Both the position numbers and the translations under genes were made by a program. From the NCBI RefSeq assembly GCF_006345805.1, contig NC_043000.1, forward strand, positions 29,388,001-29,452,000: DNA of 64,000 nt, in the 5' to 3' direction. The notes beneath the pieces are model-generated. The model had not been told where the DNA came from and made no database searches. It worked only from the letters and a program-made list of their open reading frames with translations. Source of the DNA: Octopus sinensis (lineage: Eukaryota). The stretch's first letter is position 1, and each line of letters starts with the position of its first letter. This document shows positions 1-12,692 of this stretch, piece after piece.

Positions 1-616
1 AAGTAAAGAAAAAAAAAACACATTTAATTTTAAAATATCAACATGTTAAAGTATGTTCAGATAATCGATAAAAGAAAAAAAGAATATTGATTGAGAACTA
101 ATATTTCCAACGTTAAATACCGAAAACTACTTCAGACTTCTTTCATCGTTCTTTTAAAGTTTATGTGTGAAGTCTACGTATTTATTTTTGCCGTACCTTG
201 CCGAAGTGTTAATGGGCAAATACACTGCATCATATGTTTGTTAGCACAGACGGAGAAATAAATACCAACAAATTAATGTTGTCAGTATGTATGTCATTAT
301 TTGGTTTAGATTTAATAATCAGTATATTGGATGATTGAACCGAACTCAAAGAAAACAAAGAAACAAATTCCAGCATTCCTACGGCACGCGCACACACACA
401 CATCGTATCTCTCTCAGACTCTTTTCAGTAAGGTTTTCTAAAATAATCAAATACAAAACCCCGATATAAACAAAGCAAAACAAAACAAAAACAACAGAAT
501 GACACGAATCATTTTGGCGGAAGTTTTCGTATTGACTTAAGCGCTTTCCAGGTTTGCAGCTTTTCAAGCACACGTTCTATGGTACAATACGTATAGAGGA
601 TTACCATATATCATCC

Positions 617-743
<127 letters not shown>

Positions 744-929
744 TCACATTGTGTGTGTACACAAATATATGTGCGACTGCTACTGTCATGTTTAGAATTC
801 AACGTAGACTTTCATATTCCAGCCTACTACCAATGTAGTGGTTAACTAACTAACTACTTAGTAGTATTTCTAGTAATGAGATATAGCACAAATGTAGTTT
901 TATACATATATATATTTTCAAAATGTAAA

Positions 930-1095
930 CACATGTGAATCGAAGCGATTTTCTTCTTCTGTCTTCCCTACTATTCGACTTACCTTTGTTTCTGAAGAAG
1001 AGCATATGCTCGAAACGTTAAACCATCTTTATTTTCTTCCCTGAGCGTCCTCACGTTGTTGTGTTTTTTGTGTTTGTTCTTTTTGGGATTTATGG
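930..1095 (+). mobile_element. Short non-autonomous Penelope-like terminal element carrying a hammerhead motif (family F)
   Basis: Shares gcgatttt...ctgaNgaagagc..gctcgaaacgttaaa...ttcctgagcgtcc with 19905-20105 and 62205-62350. Confidence 0.65.
988..1023 (+). ncRNA. Minimal type I hammerhead ribozyme motif (intact core)
   Basis: GUUU-CUGAAGA-A-GAGC(auau)GCUC-GAAAC-GUU^-AAAC: stems I and II pair, palindromic ACGU stem III. Confidence 0.8.
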
Positions 1096-1100
1096 ATTTA

Positions 1101-1465
<365 letters not shown>

Positions 1466-1988
1466 ACCTACTCAACCGGGCATCGGAAATTCGCCTCGCC
1501 GGCGATCGCGCAACTTGTCGCCCGGTCGGTCCGGCATCTGTCGCTCGCTCCAGCGCCATCCATATTCGGGACAATTATCCGTCAAATGTAAATAATGTAA
1601 AGAGATTTAAACTGTTTCCATGTATGCAGCAGGATAGTACATTCCTGTAGCAGTTTCTACTTATAATGGCGAATATGGAATTCTATAGCGTAGAACGACT
1701 TGGCATCGTTCATCCGGCTTTATATCATATTTATATTCTATCAAAGTGGATAAATATCTTTGTTTATCGTAGCTTTGTAGTATTAAACGATGAATCATCA
1801 TTCATCCAGTTTTATATGATATCTAGATCTTATTAACGAACGGAGATCTTCCTTTGTCATAATTTCAAACATCACATAAGTACAGTCCATTGAATAGTGC
1901 TTTGTTATCCACAAACATATATAATAAGAAAAAATAGAAGAGTGCTACATAGATTTTGTTAATATTTGTCCTCATCTTGTTTGTTGTT

Positions 1989-2034
1989 AACACAACGTTT
2001 CGGCTGATATACCCTCCAGCCTTCATCAGGTGTC
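1989..2034 (-). ncRNA. Minimal type I hammerhead ribozyme motif (intact core)
   Basis: Minus strand GACAC-CUGAUGA-A-GGCUG(10 nt)CAGCC-GAAAC-GUU^-GUGUU. Confidence 0.8.
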
Positions 2035-2098
2035 TAGGGGAAATTTCGAACCTGGGTTCGAAATTCCCAAGGTATTTTTCGATGTTGTTGTTGTTGTT

Positions 2099-2131
<33 letters not shown>

Positions 2132-2135
<4 letters not shown>

Positions 2136-2203
2136 CTGCCCGGAATCGAACTCGGAATTTTGGGGTTAGTAGCCCGCGCTCTTAACCACTACGCCACATG
2201 CCC
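2132..2203 (-). other. tRNA-derived Pol III head (SINE-like, not a functional tRNA)
   Basis: Minus strand TGGCGTAGTGG (A box)...GGGCTACTAACCC...GAGTTCGATTCC (B box); acceptor stem does not close. Confidence 0.75.
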
Positions 2204-2287
2204 TTGGGCAATTATGGATTGAATTTTAGGGCATATAAATCTAATATTTTCCTTCGGAATGAGAACCCAGGTTTGAAATTTCCCTAA

Positions 2288-2333
2288 GACACCTGATGAA
2301 AGCTGGAGGGTATATCAGCAGAAACGTTGTGTT
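2288..2333 (+). ncRNA. Hammerhead motif with mismatched stem II base
   Basis: GACAC-CUGAUGA-A-AGCUG..CAGCA-GAAAC-GUU-GUGUU; A-A at positions 10.1/11.1. Confidence 0.6.
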
Positions 2334-2519
2334 AACAACAAATAAGATGAGGAGAAATACCCGTCAAATGTAAATAATGTAAATAATGTACATAATTCCT
2401 CATCTCTTAAATATAGAACAACAAATAAGATGAGGAGAAATACCCGTCAAATGTAAATAATGTAAATAATGTACATAATTCCTCATCTCTTAAATATAGA
2501 ACAGTTTAAATTTCGTTCA

Positions 2520-3060
2520 TAGCATATTTCTGCGAATCCATCCTTTTCTGAACATATCTAAATAAATGAATATTGAGAACTATTATTACAAGAGGTTCGA
2601 TAGTGAATTTGACAATCTAGAAAGGTCTTGTTTCGCGTAGGTTGTTTTACTATTCACACCTTTCATCTCTTAGCAGCAAAACCTTATCAGATCATACGAA
2701 TCTTTAGAGATTAAAGAAAAACATTTGCAAATGTAATTGACTGAACAACCAGAAACATCTTGAGATAGAGTCTCTACTTTCTGGAACGCCATAGGGATGA
2801 ATTTCCGCGTCTGGTTGCAGACGATTGATATAAAACAACGGACAACAAGAACAGGTAGTAATGTTACTTCTCAAAAAACGTCTCCGTTCCCAAATACTAA
2901 CACCAAAAACATATACAACATAAATTTGGAATTCAAAGATATAAATATTGTGTGCGGTGGTTCCATGGCTGATGTTATTTACTTCTTGGTTTGTTTGCAG
3001 ATACAAAGAAATATAAGAAATATATTCTTCGACACAAAATCATGTATTTACGATCTTGTC
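2520..3060 (+). mobile_element. Possible degraded Penelope-like ORF fragment (linker / start of GIY-YIG)
   Basis: Translation NINLEFKDINIVCGGSMADVIYFLVC loosely resembles the CxxxNVIYxIxC motif; abuts the hammerhead element. Confidence 0.3.
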
Positions 3061-3119
3061 TCACACACACACACACACACACACAACACACACACACACA
3101 CACACATACACACACATGG

Positions 3120-3565
3120 TGGTTGTCTACTCCTTATGCAGAGCCACCATGGCGTCTGATGTAGCTTTTTAAACCAGACAAAATATTGATAAGACACCTA
3201 CATATATTGCATATCCAATTTGGACCACCAAGAGCTGCAGTTAAGTTATGATCTTTGTAGATCTTAAAATATCTTTTGAAAACTCCGTTAGATTTGCAGA
3301 CCTTATGGCATACACGGCATTGAAAGGTGTGCACAGATATATAGGCAGAATAGTTGGTGGAGGTTCGTATTTTATGGGTCCTCAAATGAGATTTGAGCCC
3401 AGCAAAAGGAAGGCATGATCTGTAACAGACTGTGCACGCAAACAGGTCACTCAGATTCACCTTCTCGACCTCAATATTCTTCGTTAAATCTCTCCTGAAT
3501 CGTGTCTCGAAAGTATTGACAACCTTTCTGAGAGAGGGAAAAACCTCCTCGTCGAGGAAAACCAA
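3120..3565 (-). mobile_element. RTE-clade LINE 3' fragment with three C2H2-like fingers and (TG)n tail
   Basis: FETRFRRDL...CTVCYRSC..AGLKSHLRTH...CRVCHKVC...CNICRC..SGLKSYIRRH; ends at the (CA)n tract 3060-3118. Confidence 0.7.
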
Positions 3566-4119
3566 AACATTCAGATATGGACCATCGGATTCTTATGCGA
3601 ATTGTTCGAAAGGATCACAAAAGTACAGCTCCCAAAATTACTGCAGAGCTTAATGACCACCTCAGGAACCCAGTTTCCGCAAAAACTGTTCGCCAGGAGC
3701 TGCACAAAGTCGGATTTCACGAGAGGGCTGCAACTATAAAACTACTACTTTCAAAAACAAATGTTGTAAAGCGTTTAGAGTGGAGTAAAAACCTACAGAA
3801 TTGGTCCCTAGAGCAGTGGAAGAATGTTATATTCTCGGACGAGTCATCCTTTACCTTATATTCAACCATCAGCCGAGTATACGTATGGAGACAGACGAAA
3901 GAAGCATTTGACCCAGACTGCCTTCTTCCAACTGTTAAACATGGAGGAGGATCTGTGATGATCTGGGGGAGGGGCATATATTTTGGAAATCCACCAGTCC
4001 AATGGTTTCCCTTCATGGCAGAATTAATAGTCAAGACTATTTAAGCATTTTATCTGATCAAATTCATTGTATTCTTGCAGATCTGTTTTCGGAGGGAAAT
4101 TCAATCTTTCAGGATGATA
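3565..4119 (+). mobile_element. Tc1-family transposase pseudogene fragment
   Basis: HTH region TAPKITAELN..VSAKTVRQEL, then WKNVIFSDESSF, TVKHGGGSVMIWG, a frameshift, and SIFQDD truncated at the second catalytic D; no TIRs seen. Confidence 0.92.
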
Positions 4120-4139
4120 AATATATATATATGTATGTA

Positions 4140-4370
4140 TGTGTGTGTTATTGTGTATATGTCTGTCATTCACCACCGCTTGAAAACCGGTGTTGGTTTG
4201 TGTATGTCCCCGTAACTTGGTGTTTTTGCTAGAGACAACCGATATAATAAGCATCAGGCTTCAGAAAATGTACCGGGGTAGGTTCGCTTAAATAAAAAAA
4301 CCTCAAGGCGGTGCTCCAGCAAGGGCAGAGTCCAATTACTGAAAGAAGTTAAATAAGAAAAGAAATAAAC
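4140..4370 (+). mobile_element. SINE family A, 3' monomer only
   Basis: Matches the tail of the full copy at 41805-42200 (ccgtaactt...ggcggtgctccagca). Confidence 0.75.
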
Positions 4371-5556
4371 GATAAAAGATTTTCATTTGAAATTTTCACA
4401 TCACAAAATAAACAAATAATTAAGTATGTAAATAAATAAATAAATAAACATGTTTCTGGAGAATTAAGTGAGCATTATAATACTTAGCTTCATTTCAGAT
4501 TTAAAATCACACGATAGACGAACTAAAATGCAGAGCTTTCAAAGCGGAAAGGTCAAACCTTATAGAATTAAACAGGCATTTTAGTATGGTGTCTTCACAA
4601 AACATGACCATAAACCGCCCTTTATTGGAGCGATAAAGTAACGTTTTGATGTCAAGATGAAAGGAACCATTTGCCAGAGAAATCTACATTGATATATCCA
4701 CTGACGATATATCTCCGAAGTCATTAAATATTTGTAGCCTCAGCGCAATGACTATCGTAATTAATCACCAAGAATCTTATATGTTCAGGAAAAACACTTG
4801 GTAATTAAAATGGAAAATGTCTCGAAACTGTAACTAATTTGGTTCTTTCCCCCCTTTTTTTAATAGACACTCTATCAATCTATCATAGATGACATTTTGA
4901 TTTTAGGAAAATATTACCTGAAAATTTCAACACTGTAGACGCCATTCAAGGTTTTAATGATAGCTTGTTTAGCAGGAAGAGCGAGAGAAATAAAACGGTT
5001 ACTAATCGATAAAAAAGTCGATTAGTATTGGCTTGATGCCAAGTTATTTTGTTACAGGTAGATATGGGTCAATATTGATACATAATAATAATAATAATAA
5101 TGTGAAAAGTCCGTTTAGCTTCGATATAAAATCCTGCTGGTTGAAATAGAGAAAAAAATAACGATTTAGCTTTTATGTTGCTTTATTACTGAAAACAAAC
5201 TCACAAACGTGATAGATATTGCAAACATTTCAATAAAAATACTTCCATATCCGCTGTTCTGATTTCCCTGGGGGAGGGGGAGTATTTTGTGTGTGTGTAT
5301 GTATGTGTGTATGTTTACATCTCTGACAATTCATCAGGAGCGATAAATTATAGGACTCAATACAAATTTAGAGTATTTTTGTTTCATTCATTATAACTGA
5401 AAGGTCTAGATTTTCAGTATTCAGATTTGGTCGTTTCCGATCACCAGCTGGTAAATGGAGCTTGGTTTCTTTTTTCAATATCCACTGTATGAATATCCTT
5501 AAGAATACGAAATGAAAATTTGAAGGAAACTCTTATCTTTATGTTCTTTCGTTTAG

Positions 5557-5645
5557 AAACCTCTGTTAACGATCCGTGCCAAAATGGCTGCTTCAAGCTC
5601 TCGCTTTTGATTTCATTTCTGGTTATCGTGGTAGAATTATTATAA
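5557..5645 (+). CDS. Candidate terminal coding exon ending in a hydrophobic GPI-signal-like tail
   Basis: Acceptor ttatgttctttcgtttag; phase-1 frame (E)TSVNDPCQNGCFKLSLLISFLVIVVELL*; no upstream exon confirmed. Confidence 0.3.
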
Positions 5646-6079
5646 ACAGCAGAAACTGAAGACAGTCGAACTAATGAAATTATATGACTGCTTAAGCAAT
5701 GCTCTAAAATAATACTTTTAAATAAAACTTTTAATTAATACTTTTCAATTAGTTTTTCTTTTTTTAAAATGAGTGTGAGCGCGGGTGTTCATTTTGCATG
5801 CATCTATGCAGAGGTAAACATTTTTAAATATATACACAATTATATATATATATAAATATTAAAATTACTAAGTCTCTCTAAAAGAGATTACGGCAGTGTT
5901 ACTGGAAATTAATTGTTATCGCCATATTAATATGGCAGTCTTATAGATATAAGACTAAAAGCTGTCGCTGATTAGCTCCATGAGGCCATCGCCTTAAGAT
6001 AGCTATTTGACACACAAACTGTGTCCATTATAACCTTCGAACAAGGGAGGTCAGCCGCTTCACACTGCCAGTCAGACAG

Positions 6080-6120
6080 CTACAGACGCGTTTCAGGGTA
6101 TTTGCCCGTTGTCAATGTAG
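6080..6120 (-). ncRNA. Decayed hammerhead motif
   Basis: Minus strand CUACA-uUGACaA-C-GGG..CCU-GAAACGC-GUC^-UGUAG; perfect 5-bp stem I, two core substitutions; flanked by inverted accttcgaaca/tgttcgaaggt. Confidence 0.5.
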
Positions 6121-6194
6121 TGTAGTCGACCCAGCAGGTGTCGCCACTGATCGTCTCTGTTCGAAGGTTTTATTTACATATATAAATAATTGTG

Positions 6195-7490
<1,296 letters not shown>

Positions 7491-7973
7491 ACACATGCTA
7501 CATTTCCGCACGCATACACATGCACACTTATATTCAAGCACACATACGGACACGTATTTGCATTAAGAGCTTCTGAACAATTTCCGTCTATCAAATTTCA
7601 CTTTAATATTTTCAATAAGTTTTATTTAAATATGTCTTACATAATTGGCTATTTCGACTATTTCCTTTCTTAAAATGAAAAAGCAAAAAAAAAAAAAAAA
7701 AATCGACAAAAAGTATCTTTTGTTATGTATTTTCCATTTCTTCTCGACTATTTATTTATCTACCTGGCTTTCTGTTTACAGTATATGCTAGACTGAACAA
7801 ATGTCTATTGTAGAAAAGATTTTCTTCTCAAAATATATTTTCTAAATAAAAATTGATTTTTAAAGAGGACATGAAGTCTTAGAACTTTAGCGTCATTTGA
7901 AACAGGAAATACACGTTGATTTTCTGTTTCCGCCGAATTTGTTTATTATTCTAACGATTATTGTTGTTTTCAG

Positions 7974-8030
7974 ACCTACATTTGTGCTGGTGCAGCTGAA
8001 TCTTGTACAAAAATATTCGAGCGATGGCTG
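7974..8030 (+). CDS. Candidate 57-nt internal exon
   Basis: Branch point CTAAC (7951), ttgttgttttcag acceptor, GTAATT donor; two open frames (TYICAGAAESCTKIFERWL or PTFVLVQLNLVQKYSSDG). Confidence 0.35.
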
Positions 8031-8394
8031 GTAATTTTATTCAGGCATTGTGTGACGCCCAACAGACTAGTGCAGTCCAAAGTATCTTTCCACGAGTATT
8101 TTGTGTAGAACTTATAAAACTCAGGGTACTTATACACATTTGCCTAAGTCCATTGAGTTGTATAAGTTTAAGCCCTTTAAGTATAAGTTTAAACCCCTTG
8201 TCTCCTTGGAGATAAGGCTGGACAATTATCATGCTAATGACGCATATTGAGGCAGAAACGCATGTTCGTGCCTATCCTCTTATTTCCAGACAATAAGCTT
8301 CTCCTTTTCCTTAATATCATACCAACTTTGTATAATTCCAGATAGTTGACACTACCTCTCCTTCTTATATGGAGGTAGTCTTAATTGCCTATCG

Positions 8395-8530
8395 CTAATT
8401 GCTCAACTGATACTTTTTTATCGATCCCGAAAAGGATGAAAGGCAAAGTCTGCCTCTGCGGAATCTGTGCCCTCGCCCCGAAAAGACGGACAAAATGCCA
8501 CAAGGTATTTTGTTCGGTTTGTTCACGGTT
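8395..8530 (-). mobile_element. SINE family B partial copy
   Basis: atcgatcccgaaaaggatgaaaggcaaagtc core shared with other family B copies. Confidence 0.75.
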
Positions 8531-8984
8531 CTGCTAGCTCGCGTCCCTAAAGACTGAACAACTGTGTCTATTGTCAAAATGTCGCCATTTTGGCGGGAAG
8601 TGGACAAATTAGCATAAGCAAGTTCTAAACACAGTATACGCCAAAGGCTTTGACTCAAACATTCTGGAACAAATTGAAATACGTAGGAGAGGTTTACGCA
8701 ATGGAAAACTATGCCAATGATAATGTCAGAAGAGAATGTTTTGAGGACGCAGTGTCCTGACAGTTAACAACTGACATTACTAGTTTATTCCACGTTTGAG
8801 CAATTTTGAGCGTGAAAAAAGTGTTTTGGGAAGCTGTGGGTGATGATTTTATGAATATTTCCACAGATGGTAGGGAGAAAGAGGACCATAATTGTTAATG
8901 GAAAGACAATGAATAATCTTCTGGGCTTCTACCAAGTCAACTGGTTGGTTTGATGGCTTTGGTGCGTAGAAGCTCAGAGAAGCC

Positions 8985-9185
8985 TAAGGGCCGGTTTCCC
9001 GGTTTCCATGGCGTATTTAGTCCCCACCTGAACAGGACGCCGGTCTGTCGCAGGATTGTTCACTTTTAACAGCTGAGTAAACTGAAGCAACATGAAATGA
9101 AGTGTTTTGCTCAAGAACACAACGCGTCGCCGGCCCGGGAATCGAAATCACAATCATGAGTCCAATACTAAGCTACGCGCCTCCA
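8985..9185 (-). mobile_element. tRNA/CORE-like SINE: head C + tail D
   Basis: Minus strand tgtgttcttgagcaaaacacttcatttc... followed by cctgcgac...ggaaaccgggaaaccggccctt. Confidence 0.75.
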
Positions 9186-9689
9186 CGGACAAGATAAGGG
9201 GTTCCAGCCTGAAGATGCAAACTCTCGGGAAGGTAGAGTTTTCTTAGCACATTGTAGATGCAACCCGTGACTATTTCAATTCACTAACCCAACCCGAACA
9301 GAATACTACCTATGTGCACCATATATCCTATACAAATCTATGTGCACCATATATCTTATACAAACACAAATATAATAACTCAAACCCCACGGCACAGATT
9401 CTGCTCATTTGCTAACAAGCAACACAGCAGAACGCACATTGTAAACAAATATGATGTGATGTTATACCACACCAAACACACAATACACTGAAAGCACAAA
9501 CACCGACCGATTAAAATGTCACAGCTCATTTAGCACATCACTCTACACAACAAACAGAACGAAACAATAAAATAATATCAGAAACAAGACGAATTCTGCA
9601 ACGAAGCATAATTGATGCGACATATAAACACATTTCTGTATTTGCACAATGAAATGCACACAAACACGTGAAAATATTATTTTCTGCTT

Positions 9690-10235
9690 TAGGCACAAAG
9701 ACCGAAATTGTTGGGGAGGGGGACCAGTCGATTATATCGACCTCAGTGAGCAACTGGTACTTAATTTATCGAGCCCGAAAGGATAAAGGGTAAAGTCGAC
9801 ATCAGAACGTAAAGACAGACGAAATACCTATTTCTTTACTACCCACACGAGACTAAACACAGACAGGACAAACAAGGACAGACAAAAGGATTAAGTCGAT
9901 TATATCGACCCCAGTGCGTAACTGGTACATATTTAATCGACCCCGAAAGGATGAAAGGCAAAGTCGACCTCGGCGGAATTTGAACTGAGAACGAGGCGGC
10001 AGACGAAATACCTATTTCTTTACTACCCACAAGGGGCTAAACACAGAGAGGACAAACAAGGACAGACATACTGATTAAGTCGATTATATCGACCCCAGTG
10101 CGTAACTGGTACATATTTAATCGACCCCGAAAGGATGAAAGGCAAAGTCGACCTAGGCGGAATTTGAACTCAGAACGTAACGGCAGACGAAATACTGCTA
10201 ACCAACTCGTCCAGCGTGCTAACGATTCTGCCATG
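9690..10235 (-). mobile_element. Head-to-tail array of three family B SINE units
   Basis: Repeated gaaatag|gtatttcgtc junctions; the last unit carries a different (older-type) tail. Confidence 0.9.
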
Positions 10236-10247
10236 TGAAAATATTTA

Positions 10248-10470
10248 TTTCTTTATTGCCCAATGGGAGGCTAAACACAGAGGGGACAAACAAGGACAGA
10301 CAAATGGATTAAATCGATTACATCTACCCCAGTGCTAAACTGGTACTTAATTTATCAACCCTGAAAGGATGAAAGGCAAAGTCGACATCAGCGAAATTTG
10401 AACTCAGAACGTAACGGCAGACGAAATATCGAAATGCCCGACTTGTTAACGTTTCTGCCAGCTCGCCGCC
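10248..10470 (-). mobile_element. SINE family B near-full copy
   Basis: Complete head GGCGGCGAGCTGGCAG; aaaatatt present on both flanks (putative TSD). Confidence 0.85.
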
Positions 10471-10699
10471 TTAAACGCCTAAAAATATTGAAAACCAATT
10501 GATGATGATGATGGTCATAAAAATAATCATTATGGCTTAAAATTTTGGCACAAGACCAGCAGTTTTAGGGGAGGTAGTGTGCTCGACAAGTAATTTTTTT
10601 TACTGAGCCCTGAAAGAATGAAGAGCAAAGAGGATCTCGGGAAGATTTGAGCAGGAAACGGTAAAGAACCTGGAAATATCAGTAAGCATTTAGCCCAAC

Positions 10700-10970
10700 G
10701 TACAGCCTGCATGTAAAACTAACTTGCAAGTGACTGAGTACTCCGCAGACATGCGTATCCTTAACGTAGTACTCAGAGCGATTCAGCGTGGCACGGAATG
10801 TGACAAGGATAGACCTTTGAAAACACAAGCACACCTCATTTTTGCCAGTTAAATGAAGTGGAACAAGGTGAGATAAAGTGTCTTGCTCAAGGACACAATA
10901 CTCCGACGGGAATCGAACTCACAGCCTTACGATCGTGAACCGAATATAGCAACCACCAGTCCGCGTACCT
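10700..10970 (-). mobile_element. tRNA/CORE-like SINE: head C + tail C
   Basis: Minus strand gagttcgattcc...tgtgtccttgagcaagacac...cttgtcacattccgtgccacgctgaatc. Confidence 0.75.
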
Positions 10971-11023
10971 TACACATTATTATTTACAGCTTTATCTACT
11001 TCGAGTTGCACTGTTATAGACGG

Positions 11024-11066
<43 letters not shown>

Positions 11067-11094
11067 TAATAATAATAATAATCTCTTTTTCTTT

Positions 11095-11412
11095 CTTTAC
11101 TCTTTTACTTGTTTCAGTCATGTGACTGTGGACATGCTGGAGCAACGTTTTTAGTCAAGCAAATCGACTCCAGGACTTATTCTTTGTAAGCCTAGTACTT
11201 ATTCTATCGGGTGATAAACACAGACACGCAAACACACATACACTCACATACACACACATACACACACACACACATATATATATATACGACGGGCTTCTTC
11301 CAATGTCTGTCTACCAAATCCACTCACAACGCTTTGGTAGGCCCGAGGCTATAGTAGAAAACACTTGCCCAAGGTGCCACGCAGTGGGACTAAACCTGGA
11401 ACCATGTGATTC
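11095..11412 (-). mobile_element. SINE family A (dimeric, internal microsatellite), internally deleted
   Basis: Head cccactgcgtggcaccttgggcaagtg and tail tgctccagca..gtcacatgactgaaac on the minus strand. Confidence 0.85.
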
Positions 11413-11425
11413 GTAATAATGATAA

Positions 11426-11476
<51 letters not shown>

Positions 11477-11859
11477 TAATAATAATGATAAATTCTTTTA
11501 TTGGCCACAAGGTCTCACATTAAACATTAAAAGACATGCAACAACATAAAAGAGAAAAGCAGGATGATACAATGGGATTTCGCGTGTAATAACAAAAATG
11601 TGGAATAAATTAAACTCCCAGTAGGGGATGCGCCTTAAGGTCCTCGTGGAAAACCTCACAAAAGCCACGGGTTTGTGAACAATAGGGCAAGAGCACTTCT
11701 CTCTGTTTTTTTTTTCACAGGTACGGGCTCAGAATTGGTCCTTTTGCACTGGCCATTCTTCCAACATTCGCCCACTTTTCAACAAACTTGCTACGAGGCA
11801 GCAACGGAAACAATAAAAAAAATAAATAAAAACGTAAATGAAGTTAATATTTAAATGGA

Positions 11860-11975
11860 AAGTCATTTTCTTTTTGAGCTTTATAATTTAACACACTCAC
11901 CGGTAAAATTTCCACTTATTTCTTAATTTTATTTTCCTAAAATTTTCGTTGCGTCTTGCAATCTTTTCAATAGTC
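11860..11975. repeat. Dispersed repeat homologous to the fold-back at 29155-29358
   Basis: Shared cacactcaccggtaaaatttccactt...ttttcctaaaattttcgttgcgt. Confidence 0.7.
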
Positions 11976-12381
11976 TTGACTCCGTCCGTTATCTAAATGG
12001 AAAGAAAATACTATTAGAAGCGTGTTGAGGTAAACAGTTATAAGCCCACACCCACCAAAAAAAAACCCCAAGTAATATTTCCACTTTAATTTAACAATAA
12101 TTATATTTTAGAAGTTGTAACTGCGAGGGAAACAGAATTAAAGACACAGAATTAAAAAAAAAAGAAAGAAAAACAAATCATATAAACAAAAGTAAGAGAG
12201 CAATCCCGATGATGCGCGCGCATGATTTGTTAGGAATGGAAATCAAAGAATTTTGCTGGTAACTAGTTATTACATGACTAATGTTGTAGTTTAGTGCAAT
12301 TGGCTGTTATTGCATAGCTAGTTGCAAAGTTTTAGTGCAGCTTGCTGGCTGGTAGTTTTTAGAAAGAAACGGGAATGGTAA

Positions 12382-12482
12382 TGAGTCAGACATCTATAAA
12401 ATGGCTGCTTATAAATTTCGTTCCGAAGATGTTTGTCTTTTACAAATTGTTCGATATTGAAGAAGCTTCGCGCAAAGTGAGT
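12382..12482 (+). promoter_or_regulatory. Candidate TATA promoter with short first exon and splice donor
   Basis: TGAGTCA (12382), TATAAAA (12395), donor AAA|GTGAGT at 12477. Confidence 0.25.
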
Positions 12483-12589
12483 ATAAGAATTAATTGTGAA
12501 ATAAAAGATAAATAAAAGAAGCTGCGGGGGTGGGGGTGGAGATGAGAGAAATATAGGTTGGAGAGAGGGAGAAATTGAAGAGAAAGAAA

Positions 12590-12645
12590 TAATAAGAGGG
12601 AAAACGAGAGAAATAGAGAGAGGGACAGAGGGGGTGAGAGAGAGA

Positions 12646-12692
<47 letters not shown>

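Larger units (their letters stand above)
1960..2503. mobile_element. Fold-back element: hammerhead arm(-), (TTG/TTA)n, tRNA-like head(-), spacer, inverted hammerhead arm(+), 83-bp terminal tandem duplication
   Basis: 1972-2063 is the reverse complement of 2264-2353; 2334-2416 is repeated at 2417-2499; homologous to 43503-43954. Confidence 0.8.

Noticed and set aside
3134-3565. Host C2H2 zinc-finger gene
   Set aside because: No TGEKPY-type linkers; the upstream sequence and repeat tail match the RTE ORF2 C-terminus.
8228-8275. Hammerhead-like catg-CTAATGA...GAAACG-catg
   Set aside because: G5 is mutated, stem II is weak and the cleavage triplet is missing.
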